Assembly: GCF_006345805.1 (NCBI RefSeq)
Contig: NW_021833962.1
Span: forward strand, 43,400-107,399
Direction: 5' to 3'
Source of the DNA: Octopus sinensis
Lineage: Eukaryota
Length of the DNA: 64,000 nucleotides
The notes under the pieces were generated by a model. It saw only the letters and a list, made by a program, of their open reading frames with translations, was not told the DNA's origin and searched no databases. Below, in pieces: positions 26,301 through 39,290 of this stretch. A program made the translations under genes and the position numbers. The first letter of the stretch is position 1; the number at the start of each line of letters is the position of its first letter.

Positions 26301-26427
26301 TAATTAAATCTCAGAATGAGATTGAAACAGTAATCGCTCGATAATGTAAAGTAATAGAAGGCATCTTATCATGGCTAAAACACCCCCCCTCCCCAATGTG
26401 GGTTAGCCATGATAAGATGGCTTCTAT

Positions 26428-26465
<38 letters not shown>

Positions 26466-26679
26466 TAGATATATATATACATATATATAATATAGTATTA
26501 TATGTATATGTTATATATATATATATTATAATATATAGATATATATATATATATAATATATAGATATTATATATATATATATAGGTGCCGGATGGTTCCG
26601 GGTCAGTCCCACTGCGGGCACCTGGGCATGCTTCTACTGTAGACGGAAACTGAAAGAAGACCATCATCATACATATATA

Positions 26680-26850
26680 TGTATATTAGGAAAATAAAAA
26701 TGAGAAAGAAGTGGAAATTTTACCGGTGGGTGTGTTACATAATAAGGCACAAAAAGAAAATGACTCTCCCCAGACACAACAAATTATGCTTCAACACACG
26801 AACTCACATAAAGAAACTTACAAACCAAATCCCAAAACTATATATATATA
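26680..26850 (+). repeat. Interspersed repeat also present twice, inverted, at 42415-42570 and 42884-43030
   Basis: TTAGGAAAATAAAAATGAGAAAG...GACTCTCCCCAGACACAAC...CAAATCCCAAAA matches the reverse complement of those segments. Confidence 0.85.
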
Positions 26851-27393
26851 TATATTGTATTTTCTATGTCTAGTTATATTTGTAATATATTATGTATAAT
26901 GTCTTTGCTGTTGTGTAATGGTTTAATAAAGTATTGCTTGGGTATTATCTGATGGTTGATGATTGATTTAGGTATGTTTCTCCATTTTCTCATTTTGTAT
27001 ATATATATATATACATATTTATATATATTGAGATAATTCATTCACCTACTTATATATATATATATCTATAAAATAATATGTTACATCACTCGATAGTCAA
27101 TATAAAACTCTGAGTTTCAGATGACGAAGTGGAAATCCAGAACACCATCTCTTCGGTTATCGGCTATTTATCTGGCTATAAATTTCCTCTATTTATATAA
27201 TATTGAGGTCTCTTTCTTTCTTTTGTTTCTTACCGTTTACCAATTAATATAGATATTATATATATATAATATATATTATATATCTATATATTATATATAT
27301 ATATATATATCTATATATATATATGTATCTATATATATGTTATGTAATATATTATATATTATATTATGTATGATGTATATATATATTATATAT

Positions 27394-27427
<34 letters not shown>

Positions 27428-27597
27428 ATATATAGTATGTATATTATATGGGTAGTTAAGTTAGAGATTATAACAACCGTCTAAGGGAGATGCTTGTATG
27501 ACCAATATTAGTTACGAGCATTGGTATTAAGGCGGTGCTCCAGCATGGCCGGCGTCAAATGACTGAAACAAGTAAAAAAGGAGTAAAAGAGATATAT

Positions 27598-28020
27598 ACA
27601 GGTTGTGATGGGTAAATTATCACTATTTTATGTATTTCATTTTGTATATGGACATTGTTTTTAATTTTGTCGACTACACAGTATAGTAGGGTCAGTTGGG
27701 CACCGTCTGTGAGAAAAACAGCCTCATGAAGCAATTCACTCTGCCAGAAATTTGGAAACGGCATGCTGTACTGCTTGGCATCTGTGCCGGAAGCTCCAAT
27801 ACGAGCATTTCTGAGCGATTGGGTGTCAGTCTGAGGACAGTGCTGAGGATTTGGAAAGAGTTGGATGAGTTTAAAGGTGATTAGGAAGGTTTGACAGTTT
27901 GGAAAACTCACTCTGACTGTTCTGGGAAGAAAAGAACACCTGAATTTGTTGGTGGGATCCAAAGAGACCCAGAACGGGTCGAAACATGAGTTGTACCTAA
28001 AAAAGTCTTTTACACATTCC
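27598..28020 (+). mobile_element. Tc1/mariner (maT/DD37D-like) 5' fragment
   Basis: Starts TA|CAGGTTGTGATGGG; encodes HTH-like KRHAVLLGICAGSSNTSISERLGVSLRTVLRIWKEL...SGKKRTPEFV, with an in-frame stop. Confidence 0.65.
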
Positions 28021-28049
28021 ATCTCCTACATCTCTTATTTTATTAATGT

Positions 28050-28436
28050 GGAGGCGCAATGGCCCAGTGGTTAGGGCAGCAGACTCGCGGTCGTAGGATC
28101 GCGGTTTCGATTCCCAGACCGGGCGTTGTGAGTGTTTATTGAGCGAAAACACCTAAAGCTCCACGAGGCTCCGGCAGGGAATGGTGGCGATCCCTGCTGT
28201 ACTCTTTCACCACAACTTTCTCTCACTCTTACTTCCTGTTTCTGTTGTACCTGTATTTCAAAGGGCCGGCCTTGTCACTCTCTGTGTCACGCTGAATATC
28301 CCCGAGAACTACGTTAAGGGTACATGTGTCTGTGGAGTGCTCAGCCACTTACACGTTAATTTCTCGAGCAGGCTGTTCCGTTGATTCGGATCAACTGGAA
28401 CCCTCGTTGTCGTAACCGACGGAGTGCTTCCATCCA
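28050..28436 (+). mobile_element. tRNA-derived SINE family B, full length, 12-bp TSD
   Basis: A box TGGCCCAGTGG, B box GGTTTCGATTCC, tail GTCGTAACCGACGGAGTG; ATTTTATTAATG on both sides. Confidence 0.9.
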
Positions 28437-29530
28437 TTTTATTAATGCTGTTACCCCAACCGCCACTAGGAAGTTCCTGCAATAAATCTACGGATAGCAA
28501 CAGGGAATCCCTCCAAGTCAATCACGTCCATCACAAAATACAAAATGGGACAAGAACGTAAAATCTGGTTGTTTTGTTGTCCCTTTTTTGTATTACCTAG
28601 CTGTCCAGATGTTTTACTTTCTTGTCCCATTTTGGAATTTATATATCATCATCATCATCATCATCGTTTAACGTCCGCTTTCCATGCTAGCATGGGTTGG
28701 ACGGTTCAACTGGGGTCTGGGAAGCCCGAAGGCTGCACCAGGCCAGTCAGTCATATATTATATATATATATATATATATAGCGGCGTACGTACACTTTGT
28801 TCTCTTATATATATATATATTTATTTATCAAAATAAAAGCATGATGCAAAGGATTTAGCGGTACATATGTTTCTGGCTTTTATTAGACGGTTTATATCAA
28901 TGCATAATTGATGTAATTTGTATGTCAATAGCCTTCTTCAGCCGCATACAATTACTACTCCAAAGACATGTATTGCATTATAAGTTTGGGAAAGCAAATC
29001 CTCATAGTCGTGTACAACAGAGCGAGGCACCAAAACAAAATTGAAGCGTCCATCCCCTTTTTCACTCGACCGCTAAATCCTTTGCATTATGTTTTTATTT
29101 TGATAAATATACTCTATCACCTACACCACTAAATGGCATATACAGGTGCTTACAATTATCAAGTATTCACCCTGAATTATACATATATATATATATATTC
29201 ATCATCATCATCATCATTTAGCATCCGTTCTCCATGCTAGCATGGGGTGGACGGTTCAACTGGGGTCTGTGAAGCTGGAAGGCTTCATCAGGCCCAGTCA
29301 GATCTGGCAGTGTTTCTACGGCTGGATGCCCTTTCTAACGCCAACCACTCCGTGAGTGTAGTGGGTGCTTTTTACGTGCCACCCGCACAGGTGCCAGACA
29401 GAGCTGGCAAACGGCCACTAACGGATGGTGCTTTTACGTGTCACCGGCATGGGGCCAGGTGAGGCTGGCAACGGACACGAACGGGTGGTGCTTTTTACGT
29501 GCCACCAACACGGGGGCCAGACAGAGCTGG

Positions 29531-29564
<34 letters not shown>

Positions 29565-29565
<1 letters not shown>

Positions 29566-29790
29566 CTTTATTGCCCACAAGGGGCTAAACATAGAGGGGA
29601 CAAACAAGGACTGATGAAGGGATTCAGTCAATTACATGGACCCCAGTGCAAAACTGGTATTTTATTTATCGACCCCGAAAGGATGAAAGGCAAAGTCGAC
29701 CTCGGCGGAATTTGAACTCAGAACGTAGCAACAGACGAAATACCGGTAAGCATTTCACCCGGCACGCTAACGTATCTGCCAGCTCGCCGC
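29565..29790 (-). mobile_element. tRNA-derived SINE family C (other copies 32178-32346 -, 39383-39535 +, 45372-45590 -, 48585-48740 +)
   Basis: Minus-strand head GGCGAGCTGGCAGA...GAGTTCAAATTCCGCCGAGGTCGAC. Confidence 0.85.
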
Positions 29791-29792
29791 CT

Positions 29793-29823
<31 letters not shown>

Positions 29824-30568
29824 TGATATATACATATATATTTATACATATACACGTGCATGCACACATGCTTATATAAAAGTGAAAAGAAATAAGACCA
29901 ATGCGCATATGACACATGTAGTTCACCAATCAAAGATAGCTAAACCCGGATCGGTCTCAAGGAAGAAGGGTTTCAAATTAAATGCACTCCGAGTCACCTG
30001 TTCTAGAATTGATACTGTATCACAATCTGTGATAGCTTTCTTCATTTTCAGATAGGATTACAGTCCTGGTCACCAACAATTCAACATCTTCCTAGAAAGG
30101 TAACCTGAGAGGGACTAGCATCGCCACCGGGTGTAATGTAATCTCGCCTCACTCTCATTGTCATTTTCATTTGTCGCCGGTATCAGGAAGAAGGTGGACA
30201 ATTTGATTGGTCAAAATAGCCGTAGCCGGATTTGTAGCATTGCGTGCTGCCAAGTACAAGGTGGACTTGTGCAGTTCGACCTCCAAGTCATATTTGTTGT
30301 TGTTGTAGTTAGGTCCCAGATCTCTGCTATGATAAAACGAGGGCTCCAGCTGTTGATTTCCCATGTACAGGGAACACACAACAGCATGATCTGATGTGTG
30401 GAGGGAGATTTGGGTGCTATTTCTAGCAGTTCTAGGTATTATATAAAGGTCTCCCCCATTGATTCATACACACACACACGCACACATACATACATACATG
30501 CATGCATACATACATGCATACATGTATACGTACATGCATACATACATCCATACATACATGCGTGCATA

Positions 30569-31839
30569 CGAAGGGCGTTCAATAAGTAATGCCCCTGACC
30601 CACTTGCAGTTGCATGTGCAATTATTTATATCTCTATAGATTAAGTGGCTAATTACAGCTCTGAACTAATTGTGGTTTCTGAATTACAGGTGTTTGAACT
30701 AAGTCAAGTGTGAAATGGAGCCAGTTGAGTGTCGAGCAGTGATCCGGTTTTTGTATTTGAAAGGACGCACACCACTTGAGACTTTTGATGAAATGAAAGT
30801 AACTTATGGTGATGATGCCCCATCATATGACCTTGTAAAACGCTGGCATCGTGAATTCAAACATGGTCAGAACTCTGTGGAAACAGCTCCCAGATCTGGT
30901 TGCCCCCTTTCTGCCATTGATGAGGCATCTGTACGTCAAGTTGAAGCTGCCATTTTGGAAGATCGACGCATAACTATTCGCCAAATAGCCCATGAGGTCA
31001 AGATTAGTACCGGGTCTGTGGAAACTATCATTCATGACCATTTGCATATGCAAAAGGTGTCTGCCAGATGGATTCCCAGGTTGCTCACACCTTTCCAGAA
31101 GCAAGAACGCGTCGAGTGCTCGAGGGTGAATTTGGAGATGTGCCAAAAAGATGAGTCAAAATTTTTCAAAAGACTGATTACACAGGATGAAACCTGGGTC
31201 CATCACTATGATCCAGAGACCAAAGCCCAGTCAATGCAGTGGAAGCACCGTGACTCACCTCCTCCAAAGAAGGCAAGGGTGCAGCCCTCCGCTGGTAAGG
31301 TCATGCTCACAGTCTTCTGGGACCAGGACGGAGTAGTGATAACAGATTTCCTGGCAAAGGGTACCACAATTACGGGAGCCTATTATGCTTCACTTTTGAG
31401 GAAATTAAGAGAAGCTATCAAAATCAAGAGGCGGGACAAGATCAGCAAAGGCATCCTCCTCCTGCAGGACAACGCTCCGGTCCACAACTTGCTTGTCGCC
31501 AGATCAGAAGCACAGGCGTGCGGCTATGAACTACTCCCCCATCCCCCTACTCTCCTGACCTTGCACCCTCTGATTTTCACCTCTTCCCAGCCATGAAGTT
31601 ATTTTTGAAAGGAAAGCGTTTCCCAGATGATGCAGCCTTGATTTCTGAAGTCACGTTGTGGTTGGAGGACCAAGCTGGGGTCTTCTACAAAAACGGTCTC
31701 CAGAGCTGCATCAAACGATGGGAGAAATGCTTAACTCTGGGTGGTTCTTATGTAGAAAAAGACGAATAACTGTGCCAAGTTTCGTTGCTCTACTGCAATG
31801 GGAAGTGGGTCAGGGGCATCACTTATTGAACGCCCCTCG
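30569..31839 (+). mobile_element. Full-length mariner (DD34D) transposon, 1271 bp, 37-bp TIRs, TA TSD
   Basis: TIR CGAAGGGCGTTCAATAAGTAATGCCCCTGACCCACTT and its reverse complement at the right end; TA flanks inside (TACA)n. Confidence 0.97.
30715..31768 (+). pseudogene. Mariner transposase with a 1-nt deletion in the YSPDL motif
   Basis: WIPRLLT, ITQDETW, QDNAPVH; HPP-YSPDLAPSDF is restored by one base; C-terminus MKLFLKGKRF...RWEKC..GGSYVEK lies in the other frame. Confidence 0.92.
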
Positions 31840-32142
31840 TACATACATACATACATACATACATACATACATACGTACATACAGACAAAATCATACATAC
31901 ATACATGCATACATACAAATATACATGCATACATACATACATACTTACATACATACATACATGCATACCTACATACATACATACATACATAAGACAGTAG
32001 TATGATTCGAGGAAGATTTGGCTACTGTTTCTACCAGATCTATTTACCATGTAGAGGTCTACCTCACTGGTTCATACATGTATACACACATAAGACAGAA
32101 GGGAGTGATTTGAGGGAGATTTGGCTGCTATTTCTACCATAG

Positions 32143-32179
<37 letters not shown>

Positions 32180-32345
32180 TAACTTTTCTGCTCTAGGCAC
32201 AAGGCCTGAAATTTTGGTGGAGGGGGCCCATTCGATTATATCGACCCCAGTATACAACTGGTACTTAATTTATCGATCCCGAAAGGATGAAAGGCAAAGT
32301 CGACCTCGGCGGAATTTGAACTCAGAACGTAAAGACAGACGAAAT

Positions 32346-32396
32346 ACCTACTACTACTACTACTACTACTACACTTGATGTTGCTGTTGATGTTGG

Positions 32397-32443
<47 letters not shown>

Positions 32444-35400
32444 ATAATAATAATAATACTGTTGCTGTAGTAGTAGTAGTACTAGTAGCACTACGGTTGC
32501 TACTTCTACTACTACTACTAATAATAATCTCGATGTTGCTGCTACTACTACTAATACCACCACTACTACTACTACGACTACTAATACTACTACTATTGTT
32601 GCTGTAGTTGTAGGGGTAGTAGTAGGACTACTGTTGCTCCTACTAATGTTGCTACTACTACTACTACTAATACCGCTAACTACTACTACTACTACAATTA
32701 CTGTTGCTGTAGTAGTAGTAGCACTAGTACTACTACTGTTGCTGTTGCTACTACTGCTACAAGTACTGTTGTTTTTACTACTACTATGACTACTGCTACT
32801 TTTGCTGTTGATGTTAATACTACTACTACTTTTTAGTACTGCTAACGTTGCTGTTGCTACTACTACTACTACTGTTGCTGTAGTAGTAGTAGTACTAGTA
32901 CTGCTAACGTTGCTGTTGCTACTACTACTACTACTACTACTACTAATACTACTGTTGCTGTTGATGCTACTTCTACTACTACTACTGTTGCTGTAGTAGT
33001 ACTAGTACCGCTAACGTTGTTGTTGCTACTACTACTACTACTACTGTTGCTTTTACTACTACTACTACTGTTGCTACTACTACTACTACTACTGTTGCTG
33101 TTACTACTAATACTAATAATGTTGCTACTACAACTACTACTAATACTACTATTGCTGTTGATGCTACTTCTCCTCCTACTACTACTGTTGCTGTAGTTGT
33201 ACTAGTACTAGTACTGCTAACGTTGCTGTTGCTACTACTACTACTAATACTACTGTTGCTGTTGATGCTACTTCTACTACTACTACTACTGTTGCTGTAG
33301 TAGTACTAGTACTAGTACTGCTAACGTTGATGTTGCTACTACTACTACTAATACTACTGTTGCTGTTGATGCTACTTCTACTACTACTACTACTACTACT
33401 GTTGCTGTAGTAGTACTAGTACTAGTACTGCAACGTTGCTGTTGCTACTACTACTACTAACTACTACTGTTGCTGTTGATGCTACTTCTACTACTACTAC
33501 TACTACTACTGTTGTGTTGTAGTAGTACTAGTAATAGTACTGCTAACGTTGCTGTTGCTACTACTACTACTAATACTACTGTTCTGTTGATGCTACTTCT
33601 ACTACTACTACTACTGTTGCTGTAGTAGTACTAGTACTAGTACTGCTAACGTTGCTGTTGCTACTACTACTACTACTACTACTAATACTACTGTTGCTGT
33701 TGATGCTACTTCTACTACTACTACTGTTGCTGTAGTAGTACTAGTACTGGTAACGTTGCTGTTGCTACTACTACTACTCCTACTACTAGTATTAGTACTA
33801 CTACTACTCTTGCTGTAGTAGTAGTTGTACTAGTACTACTACTGTTCCTGTTGCTACTAATAATACTATTGTTGCTACTACTACTACTGTTGCTGTTACT
33901 ACTAATACTAATAATGTTGCTACTACTACTAATACTACTGTTGCTGTTGTTGCTACTTCTACTACTACTACTACTACTACTGTTGCTGTAGTAGTACTAG
34001 TACTAGTACTGCTAACGTTGCTGTTGCTAATACTACTACTAATACTACTTTTGCTGTTGATACTACTTCTACTACTACTACTACTACTGTTGCTGTTGTA
34101 GTACAAGTACTAGTACTGCTAACGTTGCTGTTGCTACTACTACTACTAATACTACTTTTGCTGTTGATACTACTTCTACTACTACTACTACTACTGTTGC
34201 TGTTGTAGTACAAGTACTAGTACTGTTAACGTTGCTGTTGCTACTAATACTACTAATACTACTGTTGCTGTTGATGCTACTTCTACTACTACTACTACTA
34301 CTGTTGCTGTAGTAGTACTAGTACTAGTACTGCTAACGTTGCTGTTGCTACTACTACACTTAATTACTACTGTCTGTTGACGCTACGTCTGCTACTACTA
34401 CTACTACTGTTGCTGTACTAGTACTAGTACTGCTAACGTTGCTGTTGCTACTACTACTACTAATACTACTGTTGCTGTTGATGGTACTTCTACTACTACT
34501 ACTACTACTGTTGCTGTAGTAGTACTAGTACTGCTAACGTTGCTGTTGCTACTACTACTACTAATACTACTGTTGCTGTTGATGCTACTTCTACTACTAC
34601 TACTACTACTGTTGCTGGTATGTAGTAGTACTAGTACTAGTACTGCTAACGTTGCTGTTGCTACTACTACTACTAATACTACTGTTTCTGTTGATGCTAC
34701 TGACTATACTACTATACTACTGTTGCTTGTAGTAGTAACTAGTACTGCTAACGTTGCTGTTGCTACTACTAATATATACTACTGTTGCTGGTGATGTGGT
34801 ACTTCTACTACTACTACTACTACTGTGCTGTAGTAGTACTAGTACTGCTAACGTTGCTGTTGCTACTACTACTACTAATACTACTGTTGCTGTTGATGAT
34901 TACTTCTACTACTACTACTACTACTGTTGCTGTACTAGTACTAGTACTGCTAACGTTGCTGTTGCTACTACTACTACTAATACTACTGTTGCTGTTGATG
35001 GTACTTCTACTACTACTACTACTGTTGGCTGTAGTAGTACTAGTACTGCTAACGTTGCTGTTGCTACTACTACTACTAATACTACTGTTGCTGTTGATGC
35101 TACTTCTGCTACTACTACTACTACTGTTGCTGTACTAGTACTAGTACTGCTAACGTTGCTGTTGCTACTACTACTACTAATACTACTGTTGCTGTTGATG
35201 GTACTTCTACTACTACTACTACTGTTGCTGTAGTAGTACTAGTACTGCTAACGTTGCTGTTGCTACTACTACTACTAATACTACTGTTGCTGTTGATGCT
35301 ACTTCTGCTACTACTACTACTACTGTTGCTGTACTAGTACTAGTACTGCTAACGTTGCTGTTGCTACTACTACTACTAATACTACTGTTGCTGTTGATGC

Positions 35401-35841
35401 TACTTCTACTACTACTACTACTGTTGCTGTAGTAGTACTAGTACTAGTACTGCTAACGTTGCTGTTGCTACTACTACTACTAATACTACTGTTTCTGTTG
35501 ATGCTACTTCTACTACTACTACTACTGTTGCTGTAGTAGTACTAGTACTAGTACTGCTAACGTTGCTGTTGCTACTACTACTACTACTACTAATACTACT
35601 GTTTCTGTTGATGCTACTTCTACTACTACTACTACTACTGTTGCTGTAGTAGTACTAGTACTAGTACTGCTAACGTTGCTGTTGCTACTACTACTACTAA
35701 TACTACTGTTGCTGTTGATGCTACTTCTACTACTACTACTACTACTGTTGCTGTAGTAGTACTAGTACTGGTACTGCTAACGTTGCTGTACTACTACTAC
35801 TACTACTACTACTAATACTACTGTTGCTGTTGATGCTACTT

Positions 35842-35876
<35 letters not shown>

Positions 35877-35915
35877 GTTGCTGTAGTAGTACTAGTACTG
35901 CTAACGTTGCTGTTG

Positions 35916-35948
<33 letters not shown>

Positions 35949-36403
35949 AAACTGCTGACGTTTCTGTTGTTGTTGCTACTATTACTACTCCTACTACTTG
36001 TACTAGTACTACTACTACTGTTGCTGTAGTAGTAGTTGTACTAGTACTACTACTGTTCCTGTTGCTACTAATAATACTATTGTTGCTACTACTACTACTA
36101 CTACTGTTGCTTTTGCTACTACTACTACTGTTGCTACTACTACTACTGTTGCTGTTACTACTAATGCTACTACTACTATTGCTGCTTGTACTATTATTAC
36201 TACTATTACTACTACTACTATTACACCTGTTGCTACTACTACTTCTGTCGTTGTTGCTATTGCTACTTCTACTACTACTACTATTGTTGCTGTTGCTAAT
36301 ATTGCTAGTACTTTTACTACCACTTCTACTACTTCTACTACTACTACTGCCAACACTACTACTACTGTTGCTGTTGATGCTTCTAGTACTATTACTGCTA
36401 CTG

Positions 36404-36436
<33 letters not shown>

Positions 36437-36465
36437 CCACTACCACTACTAGTACTACAAAAGCA
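32346..36465. repeat. ~4.1 kb ACT/AGT/GTT-based complex minisatellite (~90-105 bp units)
   Basis: Recurring ACTAGTACTGCTAACGTTGCTGTTGCT(ACT)nAATACTACTGTTGCTGTTGATGCTACTTCT(ACT)nGTTGCTGTAGTAGT. Confidence 0.95.
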
Positions 36466-36954
36466 ACCATCACCACCACCGCTGCCTCCGCCGCTGTCAC
36501 AACTAAGAAGCTCAACTTAACAAAACTCGACACCTTGAAACCCGAGATCCAGTACTCTTGAGCAATAATTTCCTTGTTAAAATGAAAAAAGAAGATTCTC
36601 CAGCCGTGGCACCACCACCGACCAACTGCCAGCAATAATAAAATTCCCAAGAACGAAAAAGAAACCCACATGTGCCCTTCCGTGAACCCCTAAGGTGCAA
36701 CCAACTGCACTCCGCCTCTCGTTTCTCCCACACTGAGCGTAGCGCCTCACTTCCTTCTTTGACCAGGACGTAAAATGCAATCTCTCTCTATATATAGCTG
36801 AAATTGTCTGTGTGTGGCAGGTTTGGTGGCCTTCAACTAACACTATCTCCTCCGAGACCCTGCGGCGCAAGTTGACCAAAATTGAGAGCATGATAGAAGA
36901 AGGCTTGCTCTTCCTTCCGTAGAAGAAAAAATTCAAATCAGACCATGTTAACAC

Positions 36955-37586
36955 CAAAAATTATTTACACCAAAAAGGTGCTTTTTTTCTATGAAAATCC
37001 CTATTTTTTTTACGATTTTTTGACTGCTGTGTCGCCATTTTTCAGTGTATTTCAACCAGAAAAATGTTCACTTAAAGAGAATAACAAGAGAATAGGCGCA
37101 GGAGTGGCTGTGTGGTAAGTAGCTTGTTTACCAACCACATGGTTCCGGGTTCAGTCCCACTGCGTGGCATCTTGGGCAAGTGTCTTCTGCTATAGCCCCG
37201 GGCCGACCAATGCCTTGTGAGTGGATTTGGTAGACGGAAACTGAAAGAAGCCTGTCGTATATATGTATATATATATGTATGTGTTTGTGTGTCTGTGTTT
37301 GTCCCCTAGCATTGCCTGACAACCGATGCTGGTGTGTTTACGGTCCGTCCCCGTCACTTAGCGTTTCAGCAAAAGAGACCGATAGAATAAGTACTGGGCT
37401 TACAAAGAATAAGTTCCGGGGTCGATTTGCTCCACTAAAGGCGGTGCTCCAGCATGGCCGCAGTCAAATGACTGAAACAAGTAAAAGAGTAAAGAGTAAG
37501 CTACATAATGCCAAATTTTTACTTGTCAAAAATTCCTATTCTAAAGGGTCGAAACAAACCCGAGCAACGCCGGGCGATACTGCTAA
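36955..37586 (+). mobile_element. Helitron-type element 3' part (5' boundary uncertain), with SINE A nested
   Basis: Terminal hairpin CCCGAGCAACGCCGGG + CGATACTGCTAA|T, same end as 56005-56401. Confidence 0.7.
37095..37498 (+). mobile_element. SINE family A, full-length reference copy
   Basis: Head GGCGCAGGAGTGGCTGTGTGGTAAG, B box GGTTCAGTCC, internal (TA)/(TG), tail hairpin CAGTCAAATGACTG. Confidence 0.92.
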
Positions 37587-37614
37587 TAATCTGTAAATGT
37601 AACATGTATATACT

Positions 37615-37830
37615 CTTTCACTCTTTTACTTATTTCAGTCATTTGACTGCGGCCATGCTGGAGCACCGCTTTTACAGTCGAGCAAATCGGATCCAGAGCT
37701 TATTCTTTTGTAAACCTAGTACTTATTCTATCGGTCTCTTTTGCCGAACCGCGAAGTTACGGGGATGTAAACACACCAGCATCGGTTGTCAAGCGATGCT
37801 GGGGGGGGGGGACAAACAGACACACAAACA
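37615..37830 (-). mobile_element. SINE family A 3' half
   Basis: Reverse complement of the family A tail. Confidence 0.85.
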
Positions 37831-37842
37831 TATACACATATA

Positions 37843-38140
37843 GGGCATTCGGCTCACGATTGTAAGGTCGTGAGTTCAATTCCCGGCGACGCGTTGTGTC
37901 CTTGAGCAAGACACTTTAATTCACGTTGCTCTTGTCTGCTCAGCTGGCAAAAATGAGTTGTACATGTATTTCAAAGGGCCGGCCTTGTCACACTCTGTGT
38001 CACGCTGAATCTCCCTGAGAACTACGGTAAGGGTACACGTGTCTGTGGAGTACTCAGTCACTTGCACGTTAATTTCATAAGCAGGCCGTTCCGTTGATCG
38101 TGTCAGCTGGGACCCTCGTCGTCGTAACCGACGGAGTGCT
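37843..38140 (+). mobile_element. SINE family B variant
   Basis: GAGTTCAATTCC B box, GTGTCCTTGAGCAAGACACTT, tail GTCGTAACCGACGGAGTG. Confidence 0.8.
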
Positions 38141-38190
38141 CCTATATATATATAGATGGATTAGTACATAGGTAGATAGATACATAGATA

Positions 38191-38710
38191 GGCGCAGGAG
38201 TGGCTGTGTGGTAAGTAGCTTGTTTACCAACCACATGGTTCCGGGTTCAGTCCCACTGCGTGGCATCTTGGGCAAGTGTCTTCTATTATAGCCTCGGGTC
38301 GACCAAAGCCTTGTGAGTGGATTTGGTAGACGGAAACTGAAAGAAGCCCGTCGTATATATGTATATATATATGTGTTTGTCCCCCTAGCATTGCTTGACA
38401 ACCGATGCTGGTGTGTGTACGTCCCCGTTACTTGGAGTGGTAGGGTGAAAAGGCTCTTTGTTTTTCAGTTTTCAGATAGCTAATATCTGCTGAAATGCTT
38501 TGGTTGATAAGACAAAGGTTATATATCCCAATGCTTGACAACCGATGCTGGTGTGTTTACGTCCCCGTTACTTAGCGGTTCGGCAAAACAGACCGATAGA
38601 ATAAGTACTGGGCTTACAAAAAGAATAAGTCCCGGGGGTCGAGTTGCTCGATTAAAAGGCGGTGCTCCAGCATGGCCGCAGTCAAATGACTGAAACAAGT
38701 AAAAGAGATA
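38191..38710 (+). mobile_element. SINE family A with a ~97 bp insert flanked by a ~43 bp duplication
   Basis: TGCTTGACAACCGATGCTGGTGTG..ACGTCCCCGTTACTT at ~38391-38433 and ~38531-38573. Confidence 0.85.
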
Positions 38711-38893
38711 GAGGGAGGCACGCGCGTGCGCACACACACATGCACACACGCATTCACACGCACACGGGTGGGAGACAGAAAGAACCAAAGAAAGTAACGA
38801 GGACAGACACACCACCACCACCACCACCGCCAGGAGCAGCAGTCATCTCGTTAAAGCGGTGTCGTCGGGGGCAGAAGCAGTGCTAAGCCGCTA

Positions 38894-39240
38894 ACTTACG
38901 GTTAAACTCTCTCACTCTAAAAATAACCCGGCATTTTTTTTCCTTTTTATATGTCATTTATTTATTTATCTATTTATTTAATAATTTATTTACTCATTTT
39001 TCTCTCTTTTTCTTTTTGTGTGAGGGCGGACGACGTTTTTTCTGGAGAAACAAAAAAAATTGGGCACAAAAAAACACAGCATGGAGTCGAGTGACGGTAT
39101 GTCATAGTAACCTGTTGTCCTTATAAGGAGTGTGACGTCACACCATTCTCTCGCTTTCACACATACAAGAACAAGGGCGCATATTTCATTCTATATATGA
39201 ATTAAGGGTGTTTCTCTATTTTCCCATGAAACATATTTTC
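38894..39240 (-). promoter_or_regulatory. Candidate leftward Pol II promoter: CRE + CArG + TATA + donor-like site
   Basis: CCTTATAAGG 39119-39128, GTGTGACGTCACAC 39130-39143, minus-strand TATAAAAA 38952-38945 and GTAAGT 38899-38894. Confidence 0.5.
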
Positions 39241-39289
39241 TGTGTGGGTATGCATGTTTATATACGAATATTTCTGTAATTGTCGCATA

Positions 39290-39290
39290 C

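Noticed and set aside
28050-28125. Functional tRNA genes at SINE heads
   Set aside because: A/B boxes run into SINE bodies with tails and TSDs, and no complete acceptor stem is evident.
32802-36671. Thr-rich mucin-like or Leu/Val-rich membrane protein
   Set aside because: Repeat unit length is not a multiple of 3, so no frame is maintained.
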